NCBI RefSeq assembly: GCF_006345805.1 | Contig: NC_043001.1 | Span: 48,050,001 to 48,114,000, forward strand | DNA length: 64,000 bases | Direction: 5' to 3' | Source: Octopus sinensis | Lineage: Eukaryota | In this document: positions 1-12,700 of the stretch, piece after piece | How the letters are laid out: each line of letters begins with the position of its first letter | How positions within the stretch are numbered: position 1 is the first letter of the stretch | Notes under the pieces: generated by a model | The model's input: only the letters and a program-made list of their open reading frames with translations | Databases searched by the model: none | What the model was told of the DNA's origin: nothing | Position numbers and translations under genes: made by a program

Positions 1-527
1 ATGCAAAGTCTCATAACCTGATAACGTAACTTCTATATGATGTATTTCCATATAAAACTGATATTATTGTTGTTAACGAAATACGTGTAGGATCTTTTGT
101 TTACACGAGAAAATTTATCTCCACATTTGTTTTGCATTTGGTATGAGACTACAATTAAATAGAAACTTAGAACAAGGACGCATTTGCTCTTGACAAATGG
201 GTATTTTGAACTATAAACAAAGATATGAAGTTCTAAAAATTGATAATAAGTCGTGATGAATAAACAGCACTACACAAATGCATGGTGCTCAGGCTAAATC
301 TGACGATTTGTATGCCTCATTTTTTCAAGAGCGGCTGGATGTATACATGAATAATCAACGGTGTTGGAGAGCATAAAATTAATGTTGTAGCAGATAAAAA
401 GTTATCCAACATTGAGGACTGGAATTTATCTGAATATTGGAAAAGAGTTACATGTATCATCAGGATTCGCGCCGGGTATTAATATGCCAACACCGATACT
501 ACTGCTCAATGCTCTGTGTTCAAATTT

Positions 528-647
528 GGGGGTTGGGGTAGAGTGGGGGTTGGGGTAGAGTGGGGGTTGGGGTAGAGTGGGGGTTGGGGTAGAGTGGGGG
601 TTGGGGTAGAGTGGGGGTTGGGGTAGAGTGGGGGTTGTGGGGAGAGT
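528..647 (+). repeat. 17-bp G-rich minisatellite (GGGGGTTGGGGTAGAGT), 6 perfect copies plus 1 degenerate
   Basis: Unit read directly at 528, 545, 562, 579, 596 and 613; variant at 630. Followed by a GGA/GA purine tract and (TATG)/(CATA) repeats to about 925. Confidence 0.95.
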
Positions 648-1140
648 GAGAGGGGGAGCGAAGAGAGGGGAGGGGGAGAGGAGATGAGGGGGAGAGGAGG
701 GAGGAGGGAGAGGAGGAGAAGTAGGGGAGAAGGAGAAGAAGGAGGAGGAGGAGGAGAAGAAGGAGGGGAGAGGCGGAGAGGAGGGGGTGGTAGCGAGAGG
801 AGGAGGAGAGGGAGAGAGAGTATGTATGTATGTATGTATACATACATACATACATACATACATGCATACATACATACATACATACATACATACATACATA
901 CATACATACATACATGCATGCATGCATACAACGCAATAGAGGACAATAAAACATCCGGAGAGATACACGATACTGAGTGAGCCTTTTATTCACAATTGTA
1001 GCGATTTTCGACTGAAACTTAAATTTAGCATGCAGAGCGTTACTACAAACAACATATCTGGACACATCAACAACAACACAATCGAAGAACAGAACGAAAA
1101 CAACAGCTCAACAGGTAAACAAATTCTTCGTAGCTGTAGT

Positions 1141-1340
1141 TACGAGGGGCGTTCAATAAGTAATGCCCCTGACCCACTTCCCATAGCAGTAGAGCAACGA
1201 AACTTGGCACAGTTATTAGTCTTTTTCTACATAGGAACCACCCAGAGTTACGCATTTCTCCCATCGTTTCATGCGGCTTTGGAGACCGTTTTTGTAGAAG
1301 AACCCAGCTTGGTCCTCCAACCTCAACGTGACTTCAGAAA
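1141..1340 (-). mobile_element. mariner transposon 3' fragment (TIR plus transposase C-terminus)
   Basis: TA followed by TIR-like CGAGGGGCGTTCAATAAGT at 1141. Minus strand translates ISEVTLRLEDQAGFFYKNGLQSRMKRWEKCVTLGGSYVEKD*, typical of mariner C-termini. Confidence 0.85.
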
Positions 1341-1786
1341 TCGTATTGAAAAAGCCGTAAATACAAAGCTTATTTCCCTTGGCGGTATGAATTGAATAAT
1401 GATCTATTTAACTGCTACGAAAAAGTGAAACAAAACCCCACTGCTGGTTATATGAAACGATGGAAATGATATTGGGACAATCTTTATCCAGAATTAAATC
1501 ATTTTTACTGCGAAGCAACTACGCCAACGAGCAACATTTGTAGAACATAGAAAGGAGGTTAGTAACTGTAACTTTATAAAGAAATCGAAAATTAACCTTC
1601 TTCCCAACTCTATAAACAAAAACGAAACCGTGAATGATATATGACCACCACGTCGATTCGCAGCTAGCGACTTTCCAACAGGTTCTATAGTGCCTGCCAG
1701 CCAAACTACATTACTGGCTCATGTAAGTGACCACTGTCCCCCTAATGCGACTATGGTAAACAGCAGGCACAACCACAACGATTATT

Positions 1787-1821
<35 letters not shown>

Positions 1822-1852
1822 GGTGGTGGTGGTGGGTGGTGGTGGTGGTGGT

Positions 1853-1895
<43 letters not shown>

Positions 1896-1963
1896 GTGGT
1901 GGTGGTGGTGGTGGTAGCGGCGTCGGCGGCGGCGGCGGCGGCAGCAGTAGCAGTAGTAGTAGT

Positions 1964-2056
<93 letters not shown>
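1787..2056 (+). repeat. compound trinucleotide microsatellite (TAG/TGG/CGG/CAG)
   Basis: Read directly; it generates the poly-S/G/V/A/T ORFs in the track. Confidence 0.95.
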
Positions 2057-2234
2057 CAGGATTATATAGCAGTGAAACATGCCCAAAGAAGTCACATGAC
2101 TCTACCGCAACATATCAGATGAAAGGATGAGCCTATGTGAACAGAAGACTATGCATGGATATGTTACTAGAAAGCTCCGTGATGATAGTAACATCGATCA
2201 TCAAAGCAGTTTATCATGGAACAATATTCGGATT

Positions 2235-2537
2235 GTGGAGGCACATGGCCAAGTGGTTAGAGCAGCGGATTCGCGGTCGAGAGATCGCGGATTCGAATCT
2301 CAGACCGGGCGATGTGTGTGTTTATGAACGAAACACCTAAGCTCCACGCGGCTCCGGTGGAAGGTAATGGCGAACTTCTGCTGACTCTTTCGCCACAACT
2401 TTCTCTCATTCTTTCCTCCTGCATCTCACAGCTCACCTGCGACGGACCGGCGTTCCGTCCAGGTGGGGAACCTATACGCCAAGGAAACCGGGAAACTGGT
2501 TCTTATGAACCAGGCGTGGCTCGAGAAGGAACAAACA
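2235..2537 (+). mobile_element. tRNA-derived SINE, family 3 (RTE-like CAA tail), with 12-bp TSD
   Basis: A-box TGGCCAAGTGG and B-box GGATTCGAATC. TSD AATATTCGGATT at 2223-2234 and 2538-2549. Removing the SINE restores the R4 frame (SLSWNNIRITTSHFEGFAFAIQEQEI). Confidence 0.92.
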
Positions 2538-3959
2538 AATATTCGGATTACTACCTCCCACTTTGAAGGGTTTGCGTTTGCAATCCAGGAACAGGAAATA
2601 TCAATCAAATGCCTGATGCACAAAAGGGATTGAGATGCAGGAAAAGCCGTAAAGTGTGATAACCGATGCAGACTTTGTGGAGTTCACACTGAAGATATCA
2701 CCCACATCATAAGCAGTTGTCCGAAAATGTCATCATGGTAAAACCATGATGAATCATGGCGTTGTAGCTAGGAAACGCTACAATAAAATCTGTCAGAAGC
2801 ATAATACAGAGGACAAAGAAATAAGAACCCACAATATGGTAGAAGCCATAGCCACTCATAATAAAAAGTAATACTGGTGGAATGTACCAGTGAAGACCTC
2901 AATAAAATGTAAGCACAACAGATCTGATATGATGATTTAGGATAGAGAAGAGAAACTGTGCGCAGTTGTGGAAATTAGCTGTCCAGCGGATATTAACAGT
3001 GAAAAAGAGAACACCTATGCTTAACCATTGAGAAATCTGCAGTTACTCCATCCAGATTACAAGTTCAGGTTTATACCTGTAATTATTGGGGCACTGGAAT
3101 ATATAACACTGCCTAAATACCAATCTTCAGAATTAGGCTTCTCAAAACCAGAAAGGAAAAAGTTAATCCGAAGACTGCAGATCCAATCCATCACTGGAAC
3201 TGTAAAAATCTGTAAAACTTTCCGGAATGTTATCATTTAAATATATATAAGCATGTCTAGATATGCAACTATATGCATGAGAATCTGCACATGCATACAT
3301 ACATACATACAAAAATACCCTGTTGCTGATGTTGAAATTCCAATGAAGGAGCCTTGTATCTAGGTTAGAAACCGGTTCTTTTTCTATTGGCAAGAAATCT
3401 TGAAATAAACTGAATAATAACATACACACATCTTTATATATGTATGAGACCAAGAGAACCGCAGTATAGAAAACACTTTGTAGCACTCAAATAATTTGAA
3501 CTTACACTTCAATATCTTACCTGAGGTCCAAGTCAGGAGTGTAATGACTGGCTATAAGGGGAATCCAAGTGATCAGAGTTGGAGATATGTACCTATATGG
3601 TCAGTATAAAATGCTCCGAATATTTTCAAATTTGAGGCGCATATAGGAAAGTCCATCTATTGCAAGGATTAATTGAAGTATTTATTACCTTTTCAAATAG
3701 ATGTATTTTTGAAACAGACTTAGCATTTAGTTTCCTGTATTCTGAAATTATCCTGCAATCATATTTACAAAATATATTAGTTGGATAAGCACCAGTCTTT
3801 ACATAATGCCCATGAAATATTATTCAAAGAATAATTAATGTTATTAAAAATTAATAAAGAACTATATTCCAAATTTTGAGCGACGACAATATATATATAT
3901 ATGGAGGGTGAATTGCATGTTGTGGTGAGATTAGTTCTTTCATATTTGTATCTTTTCTT

Positions 3960-4445
3960 TCCCTTTGTCTTTCTTTGCTTCAGTCATTGGAGAGCGACCA
4001 TGCTTGGGCAATGTCTTGAATGGATTAGTCGAAGAAACCGACACTGCTACCAATCTCTTTAAAGTCTGCTAGTTATCCTATTGCTCTTTTATTGACGAAC
4101 CGCTAGTTAACGCGGATGTAAGCAAAACAATACCGGTTACAAGACGCTGGTGGGGACCAAACAGTGGCACACACATATATTACTCATAGTAATTACACAC
4201 CGCATATATATATATATATATATATGAGTGTGCATAAATATATATGTATATGGGTGTGTGTATTATTCTTTCCCTTTTTTTAGTTGTTTCACGCAATGTA
4301 TAGCGGCCATGTTATAGCATCATTTTGAAAATTTTATTTGATCAACGACAGTATTATTTTCAAGTCATGCTCTTATGTCGGCCTTTTTGCCAGATCAATT
4401 GATTACCGGGACAGAAACAAACCAACACCAGTTCTCGAGACGCAC
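3960..4445 (-). mobile_element. two decayed 3' halves of SINE family 1
   Basis: Similar by eye to the 3' part of the 39305-39695 copy (cagtcat..gaccatgct..ttagtcga; gaaccgcta..gtaa..aaacaa..accggtt). Confidence 0.55.
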
Positions 4446-4493
4446 ACAGTAATGCACATGCACATGCACATACACAAGTACCAACACACATAC

Positions 4494-4551
<58 letters not shown>

Positions 4552-4650
4552 TCATACATACATACGTATATATGAGTATATGTGCCTGTATTTATGTATA
4601 TACACACATATACATATATATTATATATATATATACTTGCATCCTCCTTA

Positions 4651-4720
<70 letters not shown>

Positions 4721-4803
4721 TATATACATATATATGCATATATATATATATATTTAAATAAATACATACATATTTAAATAAATGCGTACATGCATAAATA
4801 TAT

Positions 4804-4875
<72 letters not shown>

Positions 4876-4898
4876 TATACATATATACATACATATAT

Positions 4899-4956
<58 letters not shown>

Positions 4957-5128
4957 GAGTGTGAATATATATACATATATAAATATTTGTGTGTATGTAT
5001 ATGTATATGTTTATTTTCAAATACATACATAATACATATAAGGCCGTTGGTAGTTTTCAAGTATGCTGACCACAAGTGAAATCGATATTATCTAATAATA
5101 TTTATTTATACTTTTATTACATAATATA

Positions 5129-5171
<43 letters not shown>

Positions 5172-6182
5172 TACAGTTATAGAGATGCACATACATATAT
5201 ACATACATACATATATACATGGTGAATAATTAGACAAATAAATAGACGCCGTAAATAAACTATAGCTAATATAATTTTAGACACGTAATCGAGTGAAATA
5301 TATACTAGTAAATTGTAATTCAGTCTTGTTAAATGACGACTTGTTATGTCAGCAGTCTAAATTTCTTTCAGAGTAAAAGTATCGATTGATAATCACATCG
5401 AAGGTAGAAGCGGACAGACGTGGATGGAAGTGGATAGAATCGGGTAGATGCGGGTAGAATGTCTATTGAAAATATTAAGCAGATATATTACTATTCATTC
5501 GCAACCCACTGCTGATTCAGACATATTTTTAGTCAAGGTAGAGGCTGGCTTCAGTCAGGTGATCATTGGCCCCGGCAACAGACAAGACTTGCTTGGTTCC
5601 ACATAACGAACGACGAATATCGAACGTTAATTCAATTACAGAGGGGGAGGTGTTCTCGACCAAATGGACGCTTTCTCTCTCTCTCTTTATCTCTCTCTCT
5701 CTCCCTCTTTCTTTCCCTCTTTCTTTCCCTCTTTCTTACTCTGTGTCTATCTATGTATTTAGCTACCGATCTACCTCTCCCTCTCTTTCTCAATCTCACC
5801 TTCACTCAACCACTCAATCACTCACTCATTCTCTCACTCTTTGCACAAACAACTTGCAGCCAAAATCAATGCCGACCAAATCAGAGTAAAGATAGTTTTG
5901 TCTGGAATTATTAACGAATGTTCTTCGTATGTCTCCCTCTCTTTCTCTCTATCTGTCTTTCTGTCTGTCTGTCTCTCTCTCTCTCTTTCTTTGTCTCTCT
6001 CTCTCCTCTCTGCCGATATGTGTGTCTGTGTGCGTAAATGTCTTTGCAAGTTTGTGTACTACGTACATGTTTCTCAGTGTGTGGTGTGTGTGTGTGTGTG
6101 TGTATTTGTGTGCCCATATGTACTTGTATGTATGTATGTATGTATGTATGTATGTATGTATGTATGTATGTATCTATCTATA

Positions 6183-6245
<63 letters not shown>

Positions 6246-6264
6246 ATCTATATCTATCTATCTA

Positions 6265-6302
<38 letters not shown>

Positions 6303-6939
6303 AATATACATGCAATTGTATATGTGTATCCTTACAAATATATGTATATACACACAATCACATACACGTTCACATACACACACACACACACACACATATA
6401 TGGTGCTTTCATTCTTCCAATGAGGAATTTCTTGTATTCCTTTTGCTCACAGCTCCTTGGCGTTGTCTGCTCCATGTGCTGAAGCAGGAAGTAGCCCATG
6501 TATGAGATTTCCCAGCCATTACACCGCCACATCCTAACAACGCTTTTTTTTCGGGCTTTCTCGCAGCCCGAGTGTAACTTGGCAGTTTATATCGTAGTAG
6601 AGGTCAATAGAGAGTGTATTTCAAACATGACGCCTATGCTCTGACTTTTATCAGTCACTGCCTCACTGTCCCGATGCCTTTTGTGCGAATGCAAGAAAAC
6701 AAAGTCCACGGCAGCAAACACCAAGAGAAAAACAAATTATGGCGTTCAGTTTTCAGGCGGTTTCTGGCACACAAGCCTTCCGATTACCTGTAACAGCCGT
6801 GATGATGTACAACCGTCTTGGATCACAATTGCCAATACTTGTATTTTTACTCAGCGCCACTATAAAGAAGTTATTTTCTCCTTTATCTTGGGCCATTGAT
6901 TTTTATTTTCTACTATTCTGATAATAAGGGAGCAATTCT

Positions 6940-7360
6940 GAATGTGTTGAACGCTCCTAGAACTCTACACCTGAGTGGCACTGGGAGACAACTGATGGGA
7001 AATTGATTGGGAGCTACCACTGTTCTGCAACTGAATCGTCCTATTCAAGGATCGCATTCTTCACTCTAGTCTGGGAAGTGACTAGAAAATGAGGCCTAAA
7101 CATCGTATCCTCACCTCAATTCTTTTACAGTAAACCACACCTGTCAGTACATTCCAAGTAGCGGTGACAAATACAAAAACGATAAACCAATCAGGTTTGT
7201 TATGCGGAATATATGGACATTGCTTCAGGTCAGCAACACGATGAACTGGCCAGAGCGTCGAACAATTGTAACAGTCGCTAAACTGAGACGCTGCAGTGTG
7301 GATATTACTACGCTCAGTGAAACCAGGCTACATAGAGATTCTCTTAACACGCGGCTGGTG
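6940..7360 (+). mobile_element. RTE-clade LINE 5' fragment (5' UTR and start of APE endonuclease)
   Basis: RFVMRNIWTLLQVSNTMNWPERRTIVTVAKLRRCSVDITTLSETRL resembles RTE/BovB-type WNVRTL...RPERRTALVARELARYNIDIAALSETRL. Confidence 0.8.
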
Positions 7361-8974
7361 ATAGCTTTAGTGACATTTCAGAAGCGTAACAATACAAGCA
7401 GAACAACAACAACAGTACACATACACATGTTTCGTCAAATGAATGGAGCATACGCCAGTCTAGAAAGGCAGAATTGGTTACAACACAAATATCCTTGATA
7501 GGTCCGCTTGATCAGTATTGACTTGGTTGTAAACGAAAGTAGGAACGACAAGGAAAACTTAGTAGGGTTAGAAACGACATGCCATCAGATCCATTTACAT
7601 GACATACGACAAATATGGGTTGCTGGAATGAAGAAATTATAGTATTATATACTGCCTAAAAGCAAGAGAGAAAAAGAAAGAAAACAGCAGCTGGTTGCAA
7701 TTACAATACTCCGATAAGAACATCGACATAAAGAAGATTCAACTATTAGTAACTGCCGAAAAAAACAAATCGAAAAAAAAAAGCCTAGTGAGTAGTGAAG
7801 ATAAGGAAAGTATAAGTTTGCTCATTTGCGTATTCGTATCCCAATAAAGAATTTGGAAGAATGGACTTCACTTCAGTTGTAACACCAGCTACAATAGCAA
7901 CAACAACGATATGTCGAGGAATCTGAGGTGATTTTAAGATTCATTATTGATATTGCAATTATCCCAATCGAAGTTTGATATAGTATTTCAATTTGAAGTG
8001 AAAAAATAGCTTAATCTTAATTCTCTTGAGATTTCAAGTTTCAGGGTGGAATGATCTTAACTTTGCCACGAGTCCCGGGGTTCAAGCAAGTTTAATGGAG
8101 TGATTTGCATTCCATTCGGAATATGGTTCTACGTCGTAAACGATACTACATTGCAAGCTTTGCATGTGTCTCAATTTCGTATTGATCGCAAGAAAGAAAT
8201 GGTTTTGCTAGAATAATATCAAAACATTAGAAACAAATGGATATCGAAATGAGTTGAAATGGAACGTTTTCTTTAAAGAGAGCAAAAGAAAGAGTGCTCA
8301 TGAGTTTAGCAACATATGCATAAAAGTATATTTACCAAACAAAAACTAGCTCCTATCCAGTTCCTGAAGTAACATTATTGTTTGTTTCAGAAATACTTAG
8401 AACAGGAGATAAGAACCACCTTTCTGGATCTGGTTAGAAGATCAGAGGTGTTAAAAAAAGAGTGGCAGTCAAGGAGGTGCCATTAGGCCAGTGGGCACTT
8501 GTACTCAAAGGTGACGGGACGACCAGACTTCGTCAGGCCGCGGAAAACATTATTCAGACTATTCTGATTCTTAGAGTTAATTAGGGACTGGTGTAATATC
8601 TGAAAAATATTTAGGATAGCGTCAGAATACCATACAAATGAAGAGTAGCTTCCTTAATTCGATCAAACATTTGCAACTGTCAAAAGGAAGCGGTAATATG
8701 TGCATAATTTTCCATTGGTATTCCGTTAGTTTATGTTCTGTAGTATTTTCTTATTGTGATTGATACAATGAGAACGAAAGCATAGACTGAAAGGATTATG
8801 GAAATATTTACACACGATTTTACGTGAACCATCACAACAAATGAATAAGTGGATTTAGAAACGAAACATATATCTGTGCGTATGTGTGCGTGTGTGTGTG
8901 TGTGTGTGTGCGCGCGTGAGCGTGTGTTTGTATGCGTGCGTGTGTGAGAGAGAGAGATACGGCGCACGAGAGAG

Positions 8975-9109
8975 TCAGCGTGGTTAAGATGATCATTTAA
9001 CAACCACTTATTCTCTGGCTCGCCCCCACTGAATGATACCTTGGACAAATACGTTCTACTAGAATCCAGGGCCAACCAAAGCCTTGTGAATGAATTTGGC
9101 AAGCGGAAA

Positions 9110-9153
<44 letters not shown>

Positions 9154-9265
9154 TTGAAAAGAGGTGGAGACTTATTTGCGTCGACATAACATAGTGGTTC
9201 AGTAAAAGAAACTGATAAGCGTAAGTACCAGAGTTAAAATAAATGCTGAGTTTGATTTTCTCTAC
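8975..9265 (+). mobile_element. decayed SINE family 1 copy with internal (TA)n
   Basis: gataccttggacaaatacgttctactagaatccagggccaaccaaagccttgtgaatgaatttggcaagcggaaactg matches the family core. Confidence 0.6.
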
Positions 9266-9311
9266 TAACCCTGCAATGGGCTGTTCTAACGTGTGTGTGA
9301 GAGAGAGAGAG

Positions 9312-9368
<57 letters not shown>

Positions 9369-10559
9369 TAAATGACATGATCGAGTTTAACTTACTGCTC
9401 TGAACTCCGTATCATGTAAACCTCTCAGATATATATTAATTACTCTATAGAATTATTGGTGCTCTCATCATATATGTTTGTCACGTCTTCGTGGTACATT
9501 TTGCTGACTTGTTATATTATGGTTTGAGATTCTTAAAACAAAATTTGCTTTTATATCTGTTTTTCAAGATCTAATCTTAATTTTTGTTGAATAATATACA
9601 ATTATGTTTGATATAATTTTCCGCTATATTTTCATTTCATTTGTTGTCACCTCTATAATAAGCTTTGACAGAATCAATAACGCACCATTTTATTGCTGCA
9701 TTATTTTCGCCATTCTATTCCAATAACTAAATATGTCTAACAAAGCGAAAGTATTTTCGTCGATATATTTTGGAAGAAACTGAACGCTAATAAATACTCC
9801 ACTACAGGCCATATGTTTCATAAATTATTTAATAGAAAATATGTAAAGGTCAGTTATCAGTTGTAGGCAGTATATAAGAATATAAGGAACACAAAAACAC
9901 ATTAGTAGAGCATATAAAAACCACACTATCACACATGTAACACTATCACCCATCACACATGTAACAATCATTCTATCACACATATAACAATAATGTTTTG
10001 AAGTATCCACCAGATGCTAGTAAATGTTTTATGATAGGGTATCACATATCATGCAATGGTAAAAAGAAGAAGGTAACATAACGCTAAAGGACATCGGGAA
10101 CATATATGTAAAATACATTAGCAAAAACTACTGCAGTAGTAGTAGGAAAGATAGAGAAAAAAAAGACAGAATTTATGTCAGTCAGAGTTTGAAATGTCTA
10201 AGTGAATGGCTTCACTCTAATCAGAAGAGAGGATTTTCATCGGAAGCAGCCTATAATGTATACGTCAGGAACATTATTCCAGATGTCGGACTAGTATATC
10301 ATTGTGGACATCGCTCTAACTTTGTAAGGTGTTTCTCGTTTGAAGAGGAATGCCTCTTTTTTTCATGCAGTGTTGACTATACAGGTTATACGAAAATTCA
10401 CGCACAAAATAAATTCAATGTGCTCCGCAATTGTCAAAGACAAGCTTCAAATTTTCTAAAATTGAATAAACTAAAATAAATAAGATAATGGTGGGTACAC
10501 ACGTATTTGTAGATGATGGAAAAAGTAACAACAACAACAAGAACAACAACAACAACAGC

Positions 10560-10645
<86 letters not shown>

Positions 10646-10657
10646 TATAATAATAAT

Positions 10658-12003
10658 GACTCATACTAAAAACTGAACTCACGTCTAAAAATCGCATCGA
10701 AGCCATTAACACCCTGGCACTTCCAGTAGTCCAATATAGTTTTAACATCATTAACTGGAATCTTACGGAGCTCCAAAGCCCGGACGGGAGGACAAGAAAA
10801 CTACTAACTTCTAAGAATATGCACCACCCGAAAGTAGACGTTGATCGTCTGTATCAACCTAGAAGTAATGGGGGAAGTGGAATAATGCAGGTGGAACTGT
10901 GCCATAAGGCCTCTAAAATATCCATGAACAGGTACTTATCTAGCACAGAGGAAAAACGAAAGCAGCAAATGATCACATTTTATTGTCAAGGAAGCTTGCA
11001 AATTTGCAAGGGAACTTGGTGTTAATGGTGAAATAGTTGAAACCACTGCCACTAAAAAAGCAAACGGATGAAGCAGACTGCAAAAATTAACGGGCAGAAA
11101 CAAATTGAGGACAGGTGGGGCCAGAATCCTCTGAATGGACAGAATATACTTCGAATTCGAAATGCTGATTGTAGATCTAGCAACAATCCATCAGTGGCTG
11201 AGAAGTTCAGGACTGAAAGCAGAGAGTGAACGTTCATATTGGCAGCACAAGATCAAAGCTTGCTCACAAAAAAACTGACCCCAAATGCAGATTCTGTGAC
11301 ACATTTGACTAAACAGTAGACCATCTTGTCTCGGGATGTCCTGTGCCGACACCAAACGAATACAAAAATCGCCACGATAGGGTAGAACAGTATTTACATT
11401 GGAAAATATGCAGACACTACAAAATCAGCACTGCTACTTACTAGTCTGAACATCATCCTGAGCCAGTCGTTGAAGGTAAAAATGTCTCTATCCTCCGGGA
11501 TTTTCCATTCAACAGTGACAGAACGATCCAGGCTAACCGACCAGACATAATTATTAAAGACAGGGAAGAAAATACTTGTAGACTAATAGATGTAGGTGTT
11601 CCCGCTGATAAAAATACATCCGTGAAGGAATTTGACAAACTAAGTGAATATATGCACCTGAAACTTGAAATACAAAAGATGTGTCATCTTAAGGCGAGAA
11701 CTTTTCTTGTTACTGTAGGTACTCTAGGTATGATAACAAAAAGTTATGTCAGAACATGGAGATAATGTCCCAGAAGAACCATGTTTCAGAGAAATCCAAA
11801 AGATTGTACTAACAAGTACTGCACACATCCTTAGAAATTCCCTATCCATTTAAATGTCTTTGCTGTATTACATGAATATATTTCACTACTTCCCCTCCCC
11901 AAGCTTTCAGTTATACTGTAACAATTCTTATCCTTCACTCACCCCAGGACGCCGAGTGTGTCTCAGCAAGTGACTGTAACAAACATGCAGATTAAAAGTA
12001 AAA
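10658..12003 (+). mobile_element. R4/Dong-like retrotransposon, 5'-truncated (family B), flanked by (TAA)n-rich tracts
   Basis: LILKTELTSKNRIEAINTLALPVVQYSFNIINWNL...MHHPKVDVDRLYQPRSNGGSG; zinc-knuckle relic near 11280-11345; QANRPDIIIKDREENTCRLIDVGVP; C-terminus ends 11852. (CAA)(TAA)n lies upstream and (TAC)n(TAA)n downstream. Confidence 0.88.
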
Positions 12004-12041
<38 letters not shown>

Positions 12042-12082
12042 TACTACTACTACTACTATACTACTACTACTACTACTACTAC

Positions 12083-12136
<54 letters not shown>

Positions 12137-12204
12137 CAACAACACTACCACCACCACAAACAACAACAACAATAATAATAATAATAATAATAATGGATTT
12201 AAGG

Positions 12205-12345
12205 GCAGCAACTTGGGAGAAGGCGGGTAGTCGATTACATCGACACTAGTGTTCAACTGATACTTGTTTTATCGACCGCAAAGGGAGGAAAGTCAAAGTC
12301 GACCTCGGCGGTATTAGAACTGAGAACGTGAAGACATTGTACATT
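12205..12345 (-). mobile_element. SINE family 2 fragment
   Basis: Reverse complement matches 13411-13636 (gaggtcgactttgactttcctccctttgcggtcgataaaacaagtatcagttg). Confidence 0.75.
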
Positions 12346-12434
12346 CTTTTGTCTTGGTATAAAAGATAGGCTACAACAGATATTCTGCTCAATACTATAA
12401 ATTTGCTTGTCAATTGCTTGATCTTCTCCAGTTG

Positions 12435-12700
12435 AGGATGTCCCTTTGTGGCTGACACTATTACATTCTGATCACAAAGCATAAGTAGTGGGAGAGCATC
12501 ATAGCCATGTGTCGAAAGGAATTCTTTAGAGTTTGAATAATTCACCTCTGGAAATATGGGTGTTTCGTTCAACCCCACTAAACAAAATTTATTCAGAGAC
12601 CTGAGCAGGATTGGCTACCCGACCTGAAGAAAATTCTAACTGGGCCCCACCTGCAAGGTCATGTGCTGTTTATCTTGATATGAGATCACCATGTTGCACA
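12435..12700. repeat. unclassified dispersed repeat, second copy at about 37590-37735
   Basis: Shared blocks gtggctgaca, gcatcatagccatgt and agtttgaataa occur in the same order at both loci. Confidence 0.6.

Larger units (their letters stand above)
1345..3420 (+). mobile_element. R4/Dong-like non-LTR retrotransposon remnant (family A), RT region absent
   Basis: N-terminal WRYELNNDLFNCYEKVKQNPTAGYMKRWK*YWDNLYPELNHF. After the 1787-2056 microsatellite: KTMHGYVTRKLRDDSNIDHQSSLSW, zinc knuckle CRLCGVHTEDITHIISSCPKM, restriction-like endonuclease KHNRSDMMI*DREEKLCAVVEISCP, and C-terminal FIPVIIGAL...TGTVKICKTF. Contains stops and frameshifts. 3' UTR matches 41240-41460. Confidence 0.85.

Noticed and set aside
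2235-2310. SINE heads as tRNA genes (also 19928, 29164, 54451, 55830)
   Set aside because: They have A/B boxes but no complete cloverleaf, and they continue into SINE bodies and tails.
3521-3592. 72-nt minus-strand exon candidate (YISPTLITWIPLIASHYTPDLDL) with GTAAG donor
   Set aside because: The acceptor lacks a pyrimidine tract and there is no homology or partner exon.
8390-8431. Plus-strand exon candidate after tttgtttcAG (KYLEQEIRTTFLDL)
   Set aside because: The donor is weak, the segment is very short, and its phase cannot be chained to the other candidates.
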